In this document: positions 32,101-46,272 of the stretch, in pieces
Numbering within the stretch: the stretch's first letter is position 1
Layout: every line of letters starts with the position of its first letter
Source: Monocercomonoides exilis PA203
Lineage: Eukaryota > Protista > Preaxostyla
Direction: 5' to 3'
DNA: 64,000 nt
NCBI GenBank assembly: GCA_001643675.2
Contig: LSRY02000017.1
Coordinates: 682,001 to 746,000 of the forward strand
Notes under the pieces: model-generated
What the model was told of the DNA's origin: nothing
Databases searched by the model: none
Seen by the model: only the letters and a program-made list of their open reading frames with translations
Translations under genes and position numbers: made by a program

Positions 32101-33342
32101 CTTGCCCTCCTCTGACCCCTTCTCCATACTTTTTCACTACACTCCGTACGCACCTTCCACATCCGCACACAAACGCATAAGTGCCCCGCAGCTCGCCTTG
32201 TCTCCGCTCTACGCACATTCCTAATTCTGAGTAATCTACGCAAACTTCTTCCCCACTCCTGACCCAACGAATGGTTGCAATAACAATCTGCCCACGTTGA
32301 GTGTGGCAAAACCCTGCATTGGGGCAGCATGAATGGTTAAACATAGAGCCTGTATGAAAGAGTCCAAAGCCAACATCGCGGAATATTGTATGAGCGTTAC
32401 AATCTGAAATTGATTGACTTTGAATCAAAATTGGTAAAAGTAATGATTTCAAGAATATCCGAGGATAATTCGATGGAATCGGTATTGTGTCATCAACGGA
32501 CCGAGCGTCATCCAATGATTCTAGTTTTCCTTCCTTGTGCATTTCCCACATTCGATACAACTGCTCTATTTCTTTTGCAATTGCTTCGCTACTTCTGCAA
32601 CAAACGTTCGTTTTAGTACTATCTTTTGTTAAGCAAGAATGTCTTCCGGTTTGAGGGTTGATGTTCTTTTTCTGTCCACAAATTTGGCATAGCTGTTGAT
32701 GAATTCCAAATTTCACAATATTCTCCAGCATCAAAAGCATTTCTTTGTCAGATAAAAATGAAAGGGCAATTTCAACAACAGGTGTCTGAGACAAAATATA
32801 TTCTTCTTCCAAGTCTTTGTTGTGACCAACAAGATCGAACAAAAGCTGAAGAGGAGTCAGAGAGTCGAACGGCTTAACGGTGGGAAATGAATCAGAATAC
32901 AATCTGTTTTGTAATTGCTCATTGTGAATAAACACAGAGATCAATCTCATTAGATGAACAGAATCTGCATCGGATAAAAATTCAACTGGCGCGTTGCAAT
33001 ACGCTCTACACTCGTATTTGTGGAAGATTTTATCTGCATTTTTACATTCTTCAGAGCAATAAAAAGTTCTTCTGCATTCTTCGCAAAAAGAGAATCCTGT
33101 ATGTATTCATCAAAATTTTTGTAATAAAGTATATCAAATTTGTTTTGCTTCATACCTTTGTCTGGAAGATGATCCGTGCAGTAAGCACAAAAAGATGTTC
33201 TTGATGATGGATATAACACAGTTGCAATGGATGGTTCTGTGAGTAAAATTGTGTTTGGCGGAAGCGGTTGTTCTGCAACACAAACCCTTCCTTTATCTTT
33301 GGTTTCAACAATCCTAAACTTTGGTATTTGCTTTCCAAACAT
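29114..33342 (-). CDS. SMYD-type SET+MYND lysine methyltransferase with long acidic/basic insertions
   Basis: Exon 1: ETKDKGRVCVA..ILLTEP, CAYC. A 59-nt intron (33097-33155) restores CEEC..YCSEECK..H..EC (MYND) and joins ORF 29114-32950, which has GLFHTGSMFNHSCCPNA, GEEVCVDY and YAFVCGCGRC. Confidence 0.9.
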
Positions 33343-33708
33343 TTAATTTACTCTTTCATGAAAAAAAAGACGGGTCTCAAAAATAGTGGTTTGTCATTTT
33401 TTTCTTTTTCGCTTCACATTGTTTAAATGGAAGCGAAATAACTCTGCATGATTCAGAATATTCGAATTGGATTAAATATAATTCAATTTTCATTAGCAAT
33501 CAAATAAAAGCAATTCAATCCAAAAGTGCTTAAAAGTGTAATATTAATTTTTTTTTTCAATCTTTTTGTGACTACTAATGCAATCTGTTTACACTTGAAA
33601 ATGAAGAATATTTGGAAATCATCAAAACATTGTTCTTTAAATTTGTTTTTTCTATTGTATAGCTGAAGAGGAATTGACAAAAGGCATGACGAAATGATAT
33701 AATTTTAT

Positions 33709-34509
33709 TTACTCCTTCTTTGCTTCCTTTCTTGCGCGACGAGCGGCTCTCTGGACAGAGATGCCTTTTTCTGTCATGATCATTTCAATATGGCATGGAG
33801 TTTTGTTGAATCCTATTTAAAGCAAAGAATTAAAAAATATTTATTTAAAACAATTCTTTTCATTTTAAAAGATGCAAAAACATACTGTTAATTCTACCAT
33901 GTGCACGATACATTCTTCGGCTGTGGATACGAGCCTTGTTAACTTTGATGTGAGCAATTGCGCAGTTTCTAACATTGAGATTGTTTTTCTATTCAAAAAG
34001 TTGATTAAATAATATTAATTGATGTTTTTGATAAAATAGCGCGAAACACAACAATAAACACAATACCTTTGCATTGCTTTCACAGTTGCGGATCAATTCA
34101 AGAAAAACTCTGCTTGCTTTAACAGGGAACCCGCTTTGAGACCATTTCCATGCCTTTCCTTGTGGATTATGTCCAATACCGTATTTATAGCGACGGAATG
34201 GAACGGCTTCTTTGTGTTGAATAACGTGGCACAGAAATTGTTTTGCTCTTTTCAATTTCATGTGACGAAGAACTCCAGCAATTTCACGTGCTTGCTAAAA
34301 TTATTTAATGGATGAAAAACATTAAAATAAATCGCAAGAATCACTTAAAGCAATTAACCTTGAAGTGAATTGTGACGTCATTTCCTTTTGCCTTTGCAAC
34401 TGAAAAAGTCAATAAAATACACAAATATTCCAATTGAAATAATTTTATAATAAATCAATATATAACCTTTCTCCTTCACATTCCTGTAGTTCACAACGTG
34501 TGCTCTCAT
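33709..34509 (-). CDS. RPL17: 60S ribosomal protein L17 (uL22), 5 exons
   Basis: AKAKGNDVTIHFK, VPFRRYKYGIG, FPVKAS..L..NCESNA, RMYRAHGRIN and PCHIEMI across GT-AG introns. Confidence 0.95.
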
Positions 34510-34651
34510 TTTTAAATAACTTTCTTCAAATGAGCAATAGCGGAATTTAAGATCAGATGCAGCACCATAAAAAATTAAAAATTATTGAAATTTTGATGAA
34601 ATGGATTGTTTGCGTGTGATTTGATTATAAAAATACTGGCAAAAGTTCACT

Positions 34652-35259
34652 TTAGCCTGAAATTTTTGAAAGTTCAGAGCGGAGTTTTGTGTATTTTTGT
34701 TTAATTTTTTCTGGAGTGCTTGAGCTATCCAGATCAGTTGCCAGAATACAAGAAGTTGGCCTTTTTGTACCTGCTGCAGCTCCTAAATCTGCTTTTGATC
34801 CAACAAATACATATGGAATATCCATTTTTTCACAATAGACAGGAAGATGTGAAATGACGTCAATTGGATAGATATCACCAGCAATTACGCACAATCTTTA
34901 ATTCCGATAAAATTTTTATAAAAGAAAGTTGTTTTTTTAGTTTTGCAGCAATTATTTAGGTGAAGGAAAAACCATGTTTTTTATATGTTTTTTTGAAAAT
35001 TTGATTATAAAATATAACACGAAAACATAAATTAATTAAATCAGACCCCTTTTTTCCTTTTCTTATACTTTTTACAACTTCCTTCACTCCACGACGAAGT
35101 GTTTTTTCTTTAGCAGCTTAATAAATAATAATAAACTTATATGTTAAAAAACTCGTAATAAATGCGTTTCAAACAATGTTTTACCAATTTGAATAACTTT
35201 TTTGTTAATTTTGGTCCAGCAAGAGGATTGGCTATAGGTGAAATTTCTGTATCTTCCAT
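34652..35259 (-). CDS. NHP2: H/ACA snoRNP subunit NHP2 (L7Ae family), 3 exons
   Basis: SPIANPLAGPKLTKK, RRGVKEVVKSIRKG and IAGDIYPIDVISHLPVYCE..IPY..V.SKADLGAAAGTKRPTS. Confidence 0.93.
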
Positions 35260-35948
35260 TTTTTCAAGAATTAATCCAAAATGATAAAAAGATCTCTTAC
35301 CAAAACAAAAAATTTCAAAAGAAACTTGAAGTTCCAAGAATAATCATCAAGTGCATCGTATTCTTTCAGAGCATAAATCATTACCTTTGTTCAAAATATC
35401 ATTGCATTTTCACAAATCTTTGTAGAATTTTTTTTTAAACAAAACAAATAATAATTTGAAATCATTTTTTTCCAAATAAATAAACTTATATCGATATAGT
35501 TCATATGCATACAAAAAAAGATTGCCGAACAAAAAAAGATGGTTATTTCCCTTGGGAAATGCCCTGAAACAGATAAAAAAAAATTAATTTACATTAATAA
35601 ATGGAAATAATACAAACGTACGAATAAATATAAAAATCAATAGAAATTGTAATTGAAAATATAAATAAATAAAGGTGAAAAAAAAGCATTTTATTTAAAT
35701 TTTATTTTTTTGAAACTACGATATCAATTTACGGATTTTATAAAAAATTATAGAAAAGAAATTTCTTTCTAGAAAATACATCCACTAAATGTATTACAAA
35801 ATGGAACAAATTAAAACATTCAAATATAAAACATTATGAAAAATGAAACAACAACAAAAAAATGAGAAAATGTACTTACATAAGAATTAAACAACAATTC
35901 ACAAAAAAAGGAAACAACTTTCCCATTTTCTCCTCTTCTTCATTAATT

Positions 35949-36479
35949 TCAGAACTGCAAAGCCAGCAAGCTCAGAACAACTCTTTCCAGCTCGTTAACC
36001 ACCTCCTCCATCGAAGCTCTTCTGATGCTTTCTCTTTCCCAGCAGTGCGAAAGAATCTTTCTGAGTGAATGTGAAAGCGACGAAACAGTCGAAGAGGGAC
36101 GTATTCCTTTGATCAGAATGTCGATGATGTCTGCGCTGTTTCCGGTGTTGGAAGAGGAAAATGTAGTCGATGAATTCAATAACATTGAAGAGGAAGAGGA
36201 AGAAGAAGAAGATGATGATGAGAATGAAGAAGAACCAGATGTATTATTATTATTATTCAAATGACCGAATGTTGATAGATCCATGCTGTCCCTTGCAACA
36301 CGCTGCAGATTGGGAGAGCAGTCGAATGGAACAATTTCTGTCATAATCTCCCACACAAGCACACCAAAACTGTACACATCAGCTCCTTTGTTGCTAAGCA
36401 GCCTCAATGAAGAATGGATGGATGCGGAAAGAGAAGTGAAGGATGCTGAAGAAGAAGAAGAGGAGGAGGAGGAGGAAGT

Positions 36480-36510
<31 letters not shown>

Positions 36511-37419
36511 AGCTGATTGATAACACTCTCTGCCAATTCAGGGGCAGCCCAACGGAGCCGCTGGAGGTTGAAGTCAGAGTCCTCCTGTGAAAGAGAGGTG
36601 ATGTCGTGTGAATGTGTTGATTGAAGCGGAGATGAAGACGAAGAGTTTTCTGATGAAGAGTTCGATGAATCGGAGTAATTTGATAGAGAAGATATGGAAG
36701 AAGAAGAGGAAGAAGAGGAAGGAGAAGAAGATGATGATGAAAGAATTTCATTGTTTTTGGATGTCAAACCATCATTTTTATGAGAAATCAGCGGGGTGGA
36801 TGAGGAAGCAGTCGAAGACGATGCATCTGTTGATTCACTGAGTGTTCCTGCAGAAGATGAGCTCTGTTTCTCTTTGCCTTCATTTTCAGCACTTTTGTGG
36901 TGCTTCAACTGCAGCCACCATTTTCCTTCTTCGTCAATCAGCACATCTTCTGAGCTGATAATGCCCAATGTAACATTTTTTGAATGCAGCGACGAAACAA
37001 CCTTTGCAATCTGCCAGCACAACACCTGTTTGTTCTGCTGAGACCACACAAAATGAACCAAAGACACAACATTTGCGAGAGAAGCGCGATCAAAAGGCGA
37101 TTGCTCATTAGGCTGTGCTGTCAGCAGAGAAGAAGCAGGAGTAGCTGAGAAAGGAGGAGCATACTCAGCTGGATCAATCCAGCCGGCTATTGTCTCTTCG
37201 GGATGGATGAAATCAAACAGCGTGAAGAACTTTGTGACTTGCATTTGCTTGAACGGCTCTGCAACTGAGATTGCAGTGACTGTTTTTTTCAGCTTGTGTG
37301 CAGAGGAAAGGAAAGGATGCACCACTTGTTGGATCCAACTGGGAGAGAATTTGAATGAAGAAGGAGATTGTTCACTGATTGGATGAGGAAGGATAGCTAA
37401 AGGATTGACACTGGTGGAG

Positions 37420-37466
<47 letters not shown>

Positions 37467-40400
37467 AGAAGATGATGATGATGATGATGAAGATGAAGAA
37501 GAAGAATCAACAGAAGCAGTATCTGAGAATGGTGCAATTGATGCCATCACCCAATCTCCCTTTTTGCTCAGCTTTGATTGCACCACTGTCGATACAAGCT
37601 CCGTCTCCTTTCCCGTTTTGTCTCCTCTTTTTCTGTCTATTTCCCGCTTCACCTCTGGTTTGTCGCAGCTGATTCTGCTTTTAGCATCATCTGCTCCAAT
37701 CAGCGCATACTCTTGCTCGTTTTCGCCGAAGCCCTGCTTTCTCTCTTTCTGTGTTTGTGCTTGTGCTTGAGTATAATTCAGTGCCTGGGCACCTCCTATT
37801 GCGTATGTGGTGTTATTCACGTACTTCGTTTCAGAGATTTCAGCACCTGCTTTTCTTCTAAATTCGTTTTCGTCTGGGTTGTCTCCTTCTCCTTCTTCTT
37901 CATCTTCATTGATATCATCATCGTCTTCACCATCATCGTCATCGTCGTCATCCAGGTCTTCGCTGCTTTCAAGCAGCTTTTCATCATCACTTTCGGATTC
38001 ATCTCGTTTGTTTTTCATCGTTTTGCGCCTGTCAGACTTCAGCTGCTGCTCCAAAATAGCTTTCACTTTGCTCATTCCAGGCGGGACAAGAACGGCTGTT
38101 GAAGGAAGAGTCAGGGGCTTTTGGCGCTTTGGTGCTGGCGAAGAAGAAGAATGAGGGTGAGAAGAAGGCCTTGCAGAAGAAGAAGAAGAAGGCAAAGGAG
38201 AGAACAATGCAGAAGAGGCAGAAGAAGTAGAAGATGAGGAGGAAGAAGAAGAAGATGATGAAGATGAAGATGAAGACGAGGAAGAAGAAGAAGACGATGA
38301 AGACGATGAAGAGTATATTGAATTGCCGTCAACAAGAGAAGAATTCAAAAGCACCACGGTTGAGTTGGAAACAGAGCCTGATGCAGACTTGTTGTCGTCA
38401 TTCTGATTTTGGCGGTAATTCTGATAATACAACGAATCAGGTTGATTGAACATGCCATCGGCAGAAGAAGAAGAGGAAGAGGAAGAAGAAGAAGAAGCAA
38501 AAGATGAAGAAAGCGGTGAAGGTGCAGCCAAGTTCAATGATGCTGGTGTGGAAAGGCCAGATTGAGATGTTTGCCCGCCTTGTTGTGCTGTCTGACTTGA
38601 GAGTGCAGAGTTGCTTGAAGGTGTCAGAACAAACGAGTCAAAAGAAGACTCAGTTGAACAGAAATGAGGAGATGGTGGAGCGATTGGCTGTGGTGGAAAG
38701 GCAGTTGGCGACTGGAGCTGTGAGGCAGACGGTGGAACATATTCAGAAGAAGCTGAATACGAAGAATAAGACGAAGAAGAAGGCGATGCTGCGGCTGAGG
38801 CAGAGGCAGAGGCAGAAGATGCTTGTGGCGATGTGAACAAAAAGGGAGAGAGGCTTTTTGGAGGAATGCGGCGAGAAAGCGAGTCAGACGGGGTTGAGCC
38901 AGCCGATGCAGAAGACAGTTCTGATGGCTGCTGTGTAAATCCCGACTGGTTGCTCACAGATGTGTATGGAGTGAATGACGAGCCCGAAGATGCAGAAAGC
39001 AGTGGCTCATCGACGGAAGAGCGGTGCGTTCCAATCGACTTCTCTCTTTTCCTCTTCTGCAGCTGCTGTTGTTGTTCTGACTGTCTCTGAGATCCATTCG
39101 AAATGTATGCGATGCCTGCAAAGGATTCGGCACCTGAGCTTTCCAACGTGCTGCTGTTGTTTTTATTACTGCCACTACCACTGCTGCTGCTGCTGCCACT
39201 TCTTTTGCTGTTTTTCTTTCTTTCCTTGTCTCCTTCTCGTTTGTGGTGCTTCTTATTGCTTTTATCGTCGTCGCTGTCGTCTTCCAGTGCATAGTCAATC
39301 TTTCCGCTCTCGAAGTCGTAGAACTCTTTGTATCGCTTCTGCTTTCTCAGCAGGCGCTGGATGACCACAAAGGAGAAGATGAACGAAAACACCAGCGTCC
39401 CAAAGATGCAGCCACACACAATCGCTGCAATGATTCCGGCTGATACAGTCGTCCCTTTGTTTGTGGGTTTTGGGTCATCGGGAACTGGCGGTGGCACATC
39501 AGGCCCTACAAGAAGATAAGTCTTTGAAACACACGTGTCGATCTCGAAACCGGATGCTGTGATGAAGAACATGAATGTCTTGTTGAAGTATTCACCGGCA
39601 GATGCTGAAGACGGCGAAGAGGAAGAGCGGTTGTCAGATGGTGGGAGCGTGTAGTTCACAGCAGAAAACGGGATGAGCGAGGTGATGTAACTCTCGTTAA
39701 ATGAGTTCTCCAGCTCAAAGCGCAGTTTTTCAGACGAACGAAACAACGTTGCAGGAGGACAAGCAAAAGAGCAAGAGGGAGAATAAGAGGAAGAAGAGGA
39801 AGAAGAAGCAGATGCTGAGGATAAAGAATCATGTGAAGCAGAATTCTCCAGCCACATTTTCTGTTCGTCATTGACAACCTCCATGACCTGCAGGAACATT
39901 CCGCACGGATACAGCTCTTTCCCTGTGATAGTCACCATAAAAGAGCCCAGCTCAGCCAGCTTTGTGCTCTGTGCAAAGTCGATGACTGGATTGAAATAAG
40001 GCGAGTTAAGCTGCTCTTTCATCTCGCTGGGCACATTCACCGTGCACGACTTCACGTTCTCTTCGAGTGCTTTTGAATCGACGATCCACAAGGAAGACGA
40101 AGATGTTGATGAATGTGATGAAGAAACATATGTTTCCTCATCTTCGTTCAGCTTCTCTTTCAGGTCAATCTCAGCACCGCCTCTGCAGTGGATGTTGTTC
40201 CTAAACGAAGGATAGAGCTTGTCGTTCGGGTTTGTGTTGAATAGCATCTTCACTTTGTCCAGGCTGAGCGCCCCGCCAAAGACGGTGATTGAAGAGAGGC
40301 CAAAGTAGTGCTCGAACTGCGAATTGGAGATTGAAGAGTTGCAGCGATGGAGAGTGATGGGTGAGTCGTCGAGAACGCAACTAGAAACAGAGGCAGAAGA

Positions 40401-43400
40401 AGAAGCAGAATCAGTAGAAGAAGAAGTAGCAATAGAGGAAGGAAGAGGAGGAAGTAGTTGATGTGGTTGCGGTGAAGAATAAGTCAGAGATTGTTCTTGG
40501 TTAAATATGGGATCAGTGATTCGAGTGAACTTCGTGTTTGTAACTGTAACAAAGCAATGGAAAAATGAGGCACATAACCCAAAGTATTCGATGTATTTAT
40601 CATCCCCACTATCTTCTTCAATACCACTTTCGTATGCTTTCTGATTAGAACAAGAGTTTTTCTTTTCTGTGTTTTTGCCTTTTTCATTTTGGGATGAATA
40701 TTTTGGGTAGAAATAAATTTCACAATCTGGATTATTATTTTCTTCAATATTCGGCTCATTTTTGAGTTCGGAAGCATACATCTTTGTGTTTTCGCATCCA
40801 TAAAACGTTGTGTCTTCCAAAATGACTGGTATAAGCACAGTATCGTCAGCGTCTTCAAATTCAGTATTAATTTTCGATTCTTTGTTCATTATATCTTTTT
40901 CTTCTTTATTTTCATGTGGTTGCCTTTGATTATTTCCATCCTTCATTAAATTTGCAGCTCTGCTTCTTTCTCCGCCTCTTCTCGAATTAGTCATGTCGTT
41001 AAGAGTTAAAACAGATACCACACTTCCAAGTGGATTGGTGTAGATTAAGGAGCCTGTCTGATGGAATATGCAGTCATTAAAAGCGCATCCAGTAATTGTC
41101 ACAAAAGGTGACTCTTCAGAAAATGGAGAAAGCGAATTGCTTGTTTTTATCTCGGCAGTGTCGACCGCAACATACAAAATGACTGCTCCCTTCTCACCTG
41201 TCCGCGAAATGTGAGAAAAATCACATTGTTCAAGAACAATGCGTTTGTCGGATGTATTGATTTTGGTGTTTAAGTTTTCGGTTTGGCGATTTGAATTTTG
41301 TTTTTCTTCAGTTTGTGTTCTTTTCCCAATGACAAGAATTAGCGCTGTGCATTTGACAAAAGTGGAATCGCACACATTTATATCTTGGAAGGAAGCATTG
41401 GAAAGCAACAGCGAATCTACCATCCCTTTGGAGCAGTTGATGACAGCAGTCAAATCGACACTTTTGATTCCGTTAAATGGCTTAATAAAACAATTTCGGA
41501 GTGACAATTTACCGGAGTTGTGGTTGAATGTGATGAAGCAAATCACTTCATTCACCTGAGGCCATCGCGGAGCAGAAAGATAGAAGTCAAATAGTTCTGC
41601 CTTGAAACCACCATTCTCGCCGATTTCGATGAAACACTGGTGAAATGTGTCACTGTCAATTGTGTTGCCAAACTTCACAATTGAACCGTTAGAAATCTTA
41701 GAAGCCAATTTTATTTGCTTTGAGTCAATATCAATCGGCTTTTCATCCAGCTCAAGTGCATTGACACTCAGAGTCACTTCTTTTCCTGTTGAAAATGAAG
41801 AATCGTATTTGATGGAATCGATGGCAAAGCGGATCGTCTTGCAAGGAATAAACTGCGACCCACAAAACACTGTGTCTTGAGCCTCTCCGCCTAATGGATT
41901 AATCACATACTCCGTTAATGATGTTGGGAGAAGTTTAGATGAAAAATCAGAATTTGATTGATGATCATGTCGCCCGTTCAATAAGATAGAAGGAGGGGAA
42001 TCAGCAACTGTGACGCGTGGTAGATTACTATGCGAACGCGAATAGACAACAATATCAGTTTTCTTTGAAAGGCGAGAAGCGCAAAGATAGTTTGGGAAGT
42101 ATATGTCTTTTCCAAGCGCTGCAGCAGAAGAGGCATTATCAAGCACAGAGAGTGTGGAATCGCTCAATGACTGAATTGATGATATCGCATCTTCTGAGTT
42201 GGCATCAAAGAAACAGTATCTCAATTTCAGTCCAAGGTCATCGTCTGTTTCGCTTTGAGGAATCCAATTCCAGTATATCGCAGAACCGGAATCCTTGTTG
42301 CTACTGTGCGCTCCATAGAAAGCAGTTAAAATGAAACTAGATGATGTTTTACTTTCATCGCAGTAGAGAATGCAACCTCTTCCAGTTACAATCTTTTCGA
42401 CCTCGTTGGAATATGCAATTTTGATATCTCTCAAAACACATCGAAGAATATCAACATCACTTCCTGAGCAGAGCATAATTACTCCTCCATCTCCGTAGCA
42501 TTCAACGTTTGATATTTCGCAGTCACTCAGCGTCAGTGATGAGGATGATTGAAGCAAAAAACAACCACCGCAGCCAAGAAAAGAGCTGTCTGCATTTGGT
42601 ACATTTGCAACAGACAAACGAGTGACTTCAGCAGGTTCTTTCTGGCTTTTCCTTATTGCAACTTTCGATATCTTCACATTCGAAAAATCAGCGACAGAGC
42701 CTCCGTTAAGGCTCATAACACCTCCTGCAGACAATGAAAGCGTTATGTCTCCGCAATTACCGTCGCTAAGTGATATGGTGCAATCATCTTCTGCAGTTAT
42801 GCATCCTCCCAGCAGAGGAGACGATTTCGATCCTCCGGAAGAGGTAGATCCCTTGAATGAGCAGGAGTCTTTCAGAACAAGATGGCTTTTTTTGTCAGCG
42901 TAAATAACTCCGCCACCTGTGCCATCATTCGAATTACTGTTAACAAAACTTACATTGCTAAATGTTGCTGAACTTTGAATCAACAAGAAGGCTCCTCCAT
43001 CTCCGTTTGCATTGCATGCGCAATTAATGAATGATGTTGTTTCAACAGACAACTCGATGCCCTTTCCGTAAAGCGCTCCGCAATTTCCATTGGATTTGTC
43101 ATTTGCAAAGTTACAATGCTCAATGTGAACTTTTATTAGAGAAGACTCTTCAGCTGATTCAGATGAAGCTTGAAAAGGAAGATCGTTGGTAATATAGCAC
43201 CCACCACAAACCTGTGACGCGTATCCATTAGAGAATTCGCTTCCAGAGATATACACAGCGAAATGATTCGGAGAAGATTGAATGTCTGACAGTCCATTAT
43301 TTTCCGATTTGCTGCTTGATGCTGAAGTGATGTGGATCGCAAATGTAGCTCCGTATCCATCAACGTTTTTATTGGTCCCTGAGCATTTACATCCTTTGAA

Positions 43401-44867
43401 TATGCTTTCTTCAATCATTATGAAGGAAGTCCGCTCATCGTCGTCGGAAAACTCATTCTTTTTCAATTTTGTTTGATGTTTTTCTGTGTTTTCGTTTGCT
43501 GCCGTTCCCGTTTTTAGGTGAATGAAGAAAGCTCCAGTTTCCTGAGCTTCTGGATGGTCTACAGTGATATTATTTAAAGACAAAACTGATCCTTTCTTTG
43601 CTCCAGCAGTCATCCCTTCGGCCGAAGCCTCTAAATATAAGCAAGATCCAATTCGAGATTGCTTCGAGTATTGAAGTTGAGAATCAAAAATCTCAACTGC
43701 TGGCTGTGTTTTAGGTGGCTTGGAAAATATGACGCAAAGAGATGCTCCCCTTCTTTGAGACTGCCCTTCTGAAAGATATGAATGACTTATCAATAACTGC
43801 CCACAAGGTGCAGAAAAATATACATCACCTCCATCACCTTCTGCATTATTGCGCACTTGATTTTGTGAAAAATTACAATATGAAAAGTTTAGTAATGTAT
43901 CTTGTGCATTGTTTACATAAATAGCACCTCCTGAGTATGTACCTGCGCAATGTTGAAAAGAGCAACTTTCAAACGAGGCCTCTGTTTTAGTAATAACCGT
44001 CCTAGAAGTATAGTTTTTATTCTTCTCAGTGTTGCTGTACAGTTTCTGCTTAAATGCTTCAAAATAATATGTTTCTAATTCGCTTTTACTGTTTTTCATG
44101 TTTACTGAATGCATGAACGAACAATTTGAGCATGAAAACTTAGTTTTCTCTGATAAATGGCACGTAACTCCTGATTGAATCGGAGAGATGCATCTTGAGA
44201 AAGTGCACATCAACAGTTCTGTTGTAGAAAATTGTGTCGATAATTTAAAATATTCTTCTTTCTCCAATATAGAACAATCAAAATTGTAATTGCTTGTAAA
44301 TAAATTGTGCTTTTTTCCAACACAAGAGCAGGACATATTCATAAAATTGCATGAGATTATTTGAGTATGTTTTGTTTGTGGATTGTCAAAAAATGGAATT
44401 TGTTCACACGAATATAAGCAACTGAACGATGAGTTCGATAAAATACAATTGCATTCTTTTGTGAATGGTGAAATCAAAGCATAGTGCGAGTTCAAAGGAG
44501 AGAAGAATGTCTCCACTGTTATGTTATTCAAGATGATGGATCCACCAATTGCAGAGCAAAGCCCTAAATTGCAAGAGTATTTGGAGAAAGTGATTGAGTG
44601 AAGATCCAGTTCACTTTCCGTATTCAAGCAAAAATAATGCAGCGCATTTGCACCATAAAAAATTAATTTATTTGCATAAAGTGATGAATTAGTTAGTAGA
44701 AGTTGTCGTCTTGAATTTTGAAGAAATGTAATTAACGTCATTTCTTGTCTTTGAAGTTTTAAATCAAAGTCACAACTTTCGCAAATGCACGTAAATATAC
44801 ATATATAAATGTTAATAATAAAAATAGAACATGTAAGTTTATTCAAAATGAATAAATGCTTTCTCAT
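35949..44867 (-). CDS. Giant receptor-like protein: beta-helix-like ectodomain, TM, Ser-rich linker, degenerate kinase domain
   Basis: 2972-aa intronless ORF with GGAIY/GGVI/FxxC repeats and a DTVFCGSQFIPCKTI module. TM IIAAIVCGCIFGTLVFSFIFSFVVI. Kinase remnants RWAAPE, ADVYSFGVLVWEIMT..PF and CW...RRASMEEV, split by poly-Ser. Confidence 0.85.
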
Positions 44868-45283
44868 TCAAAGATTTGATCATTAAATGCCATTACATTT
44901 TATACAGAACAACAATAAGAGAAATTATTTGGAAAAAGAAAATAAAATTAATTAAAATAACAAATACAGGTTTATTATTGATGTATCGCAAATAATATTT
45001 AAAAAAATGAAATCATTATGAATTTTTTTGTATTTTTTTATCAATTTTAACAAAAGATTAATTCCTTTCAATTTCTACAAAAAAATAAAATAAGATAAGA
45101 TAAAATAAAAATAAATAATTGAGTGAATATATTCTCCTTGTAATGTAAACGCATTATCGAAAATGTTCTTTTATTTTTTTTTCAATGAAAATATCAAATA
45201 AATGAAATGAGCTGAAGGACAAATGATGAAATGAAAATTAAAAAAATAATCCCTTTTGATGAAGATATTGAAGATGAACTGTT

Positions 45284-46135
45284 TTAAGCCTGTGATAGTT
45301 CAGAGGAAGATAAAGATTGTTGTTGAGTCGGAGTTTGATTTGAAGTCTGTAGTTCAGAAGTGCCTTGAGACATCAATGAGAATGGAAATGAAAGCGAATT
45401 GTTCGATGATTGTCCAGCTTCTGGAGAAATTCCCATCTGCTGATTCAGGGCATTTGTTGCGGCAGTCACAGTTGCTTGCGTCACAAGCTTTTTGAACGCT
45501 TGTCTTGGATCCTCTGATAAATGAAAATATTTTTAAAAAAAATGAAAAATAGTGAATGAGCAAACGCCTTGAACACTTTATGTAACCTAAAAGGTTTGTG
45601 CCAGCAAGCATTATCCCAGCAATGTCAATTAACAACCATCCAAAGTTTAACTTGATAATGGCAACTAAAGCAAGAATACTCCAGACAGCAGGATAAACCC
45701 ACAATGTTCCCCAAAAGAGAGTTGTTGAGAATTTAGGAACAAGCGAACGATCTCTTATTGTTTCAAAACGCCAAACACTTTGCCCATCTTCAAGAATGTC
45801 ATTCCACCAACGATATCCAACAAGCATTCTCCCGCTGATATTTTTCACCATCCAAAAGTCACAAGCTAGCAGTAAAATTATTATGACAAAAGCTGTCACA
45901 AAGCCAAAATTTAGTATCCCAGCCAGTATGTAAAGAACAATTGCCAATCCTTTTATGATTGAAATGATCATTAGATTTGAAAATGCATAAGAAAAAACAA
46001 TAAGATATAATCAAAGAAATAAATATAGCGCAGTGTGAAATTTTCCGATAATGAAAATGACTTCGAACCTTTGAATGCAAATGTTAATGCCCAAACAATT
46101 GGATGGTGTTGTTGAACAAGAGGTGTAAAGTCCAT
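45284..46135 (-). CDS. TVP23: Golgi membrane protein TVP23/FAM18, 3 coding exons
   Basis: HP....TFAFK | DFWMVKNISGRMLVGYRWWN...G.S.W.FE | NLLGYIKC. Splicing restores the frame into the terminal exon. Confidence 0.9.
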
Positions 46136-46272
46136 GTTAGCTGGAAAATAAAAAGGAATAATACAATTCAAAAAATGATAATTGTTAATTTTCAGAATAA
46201 GAAATAATCGGTAAATGTCAAAATCATACAAATATGTTTATCACTCTTTTGTATATGGGCAAGATCATAAAA

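Noticed and set aside
45515-45567. GC-AG intron in TVP23
   Set aside because: The frame is restored by the canonical GTTTGC donor two bases further on.
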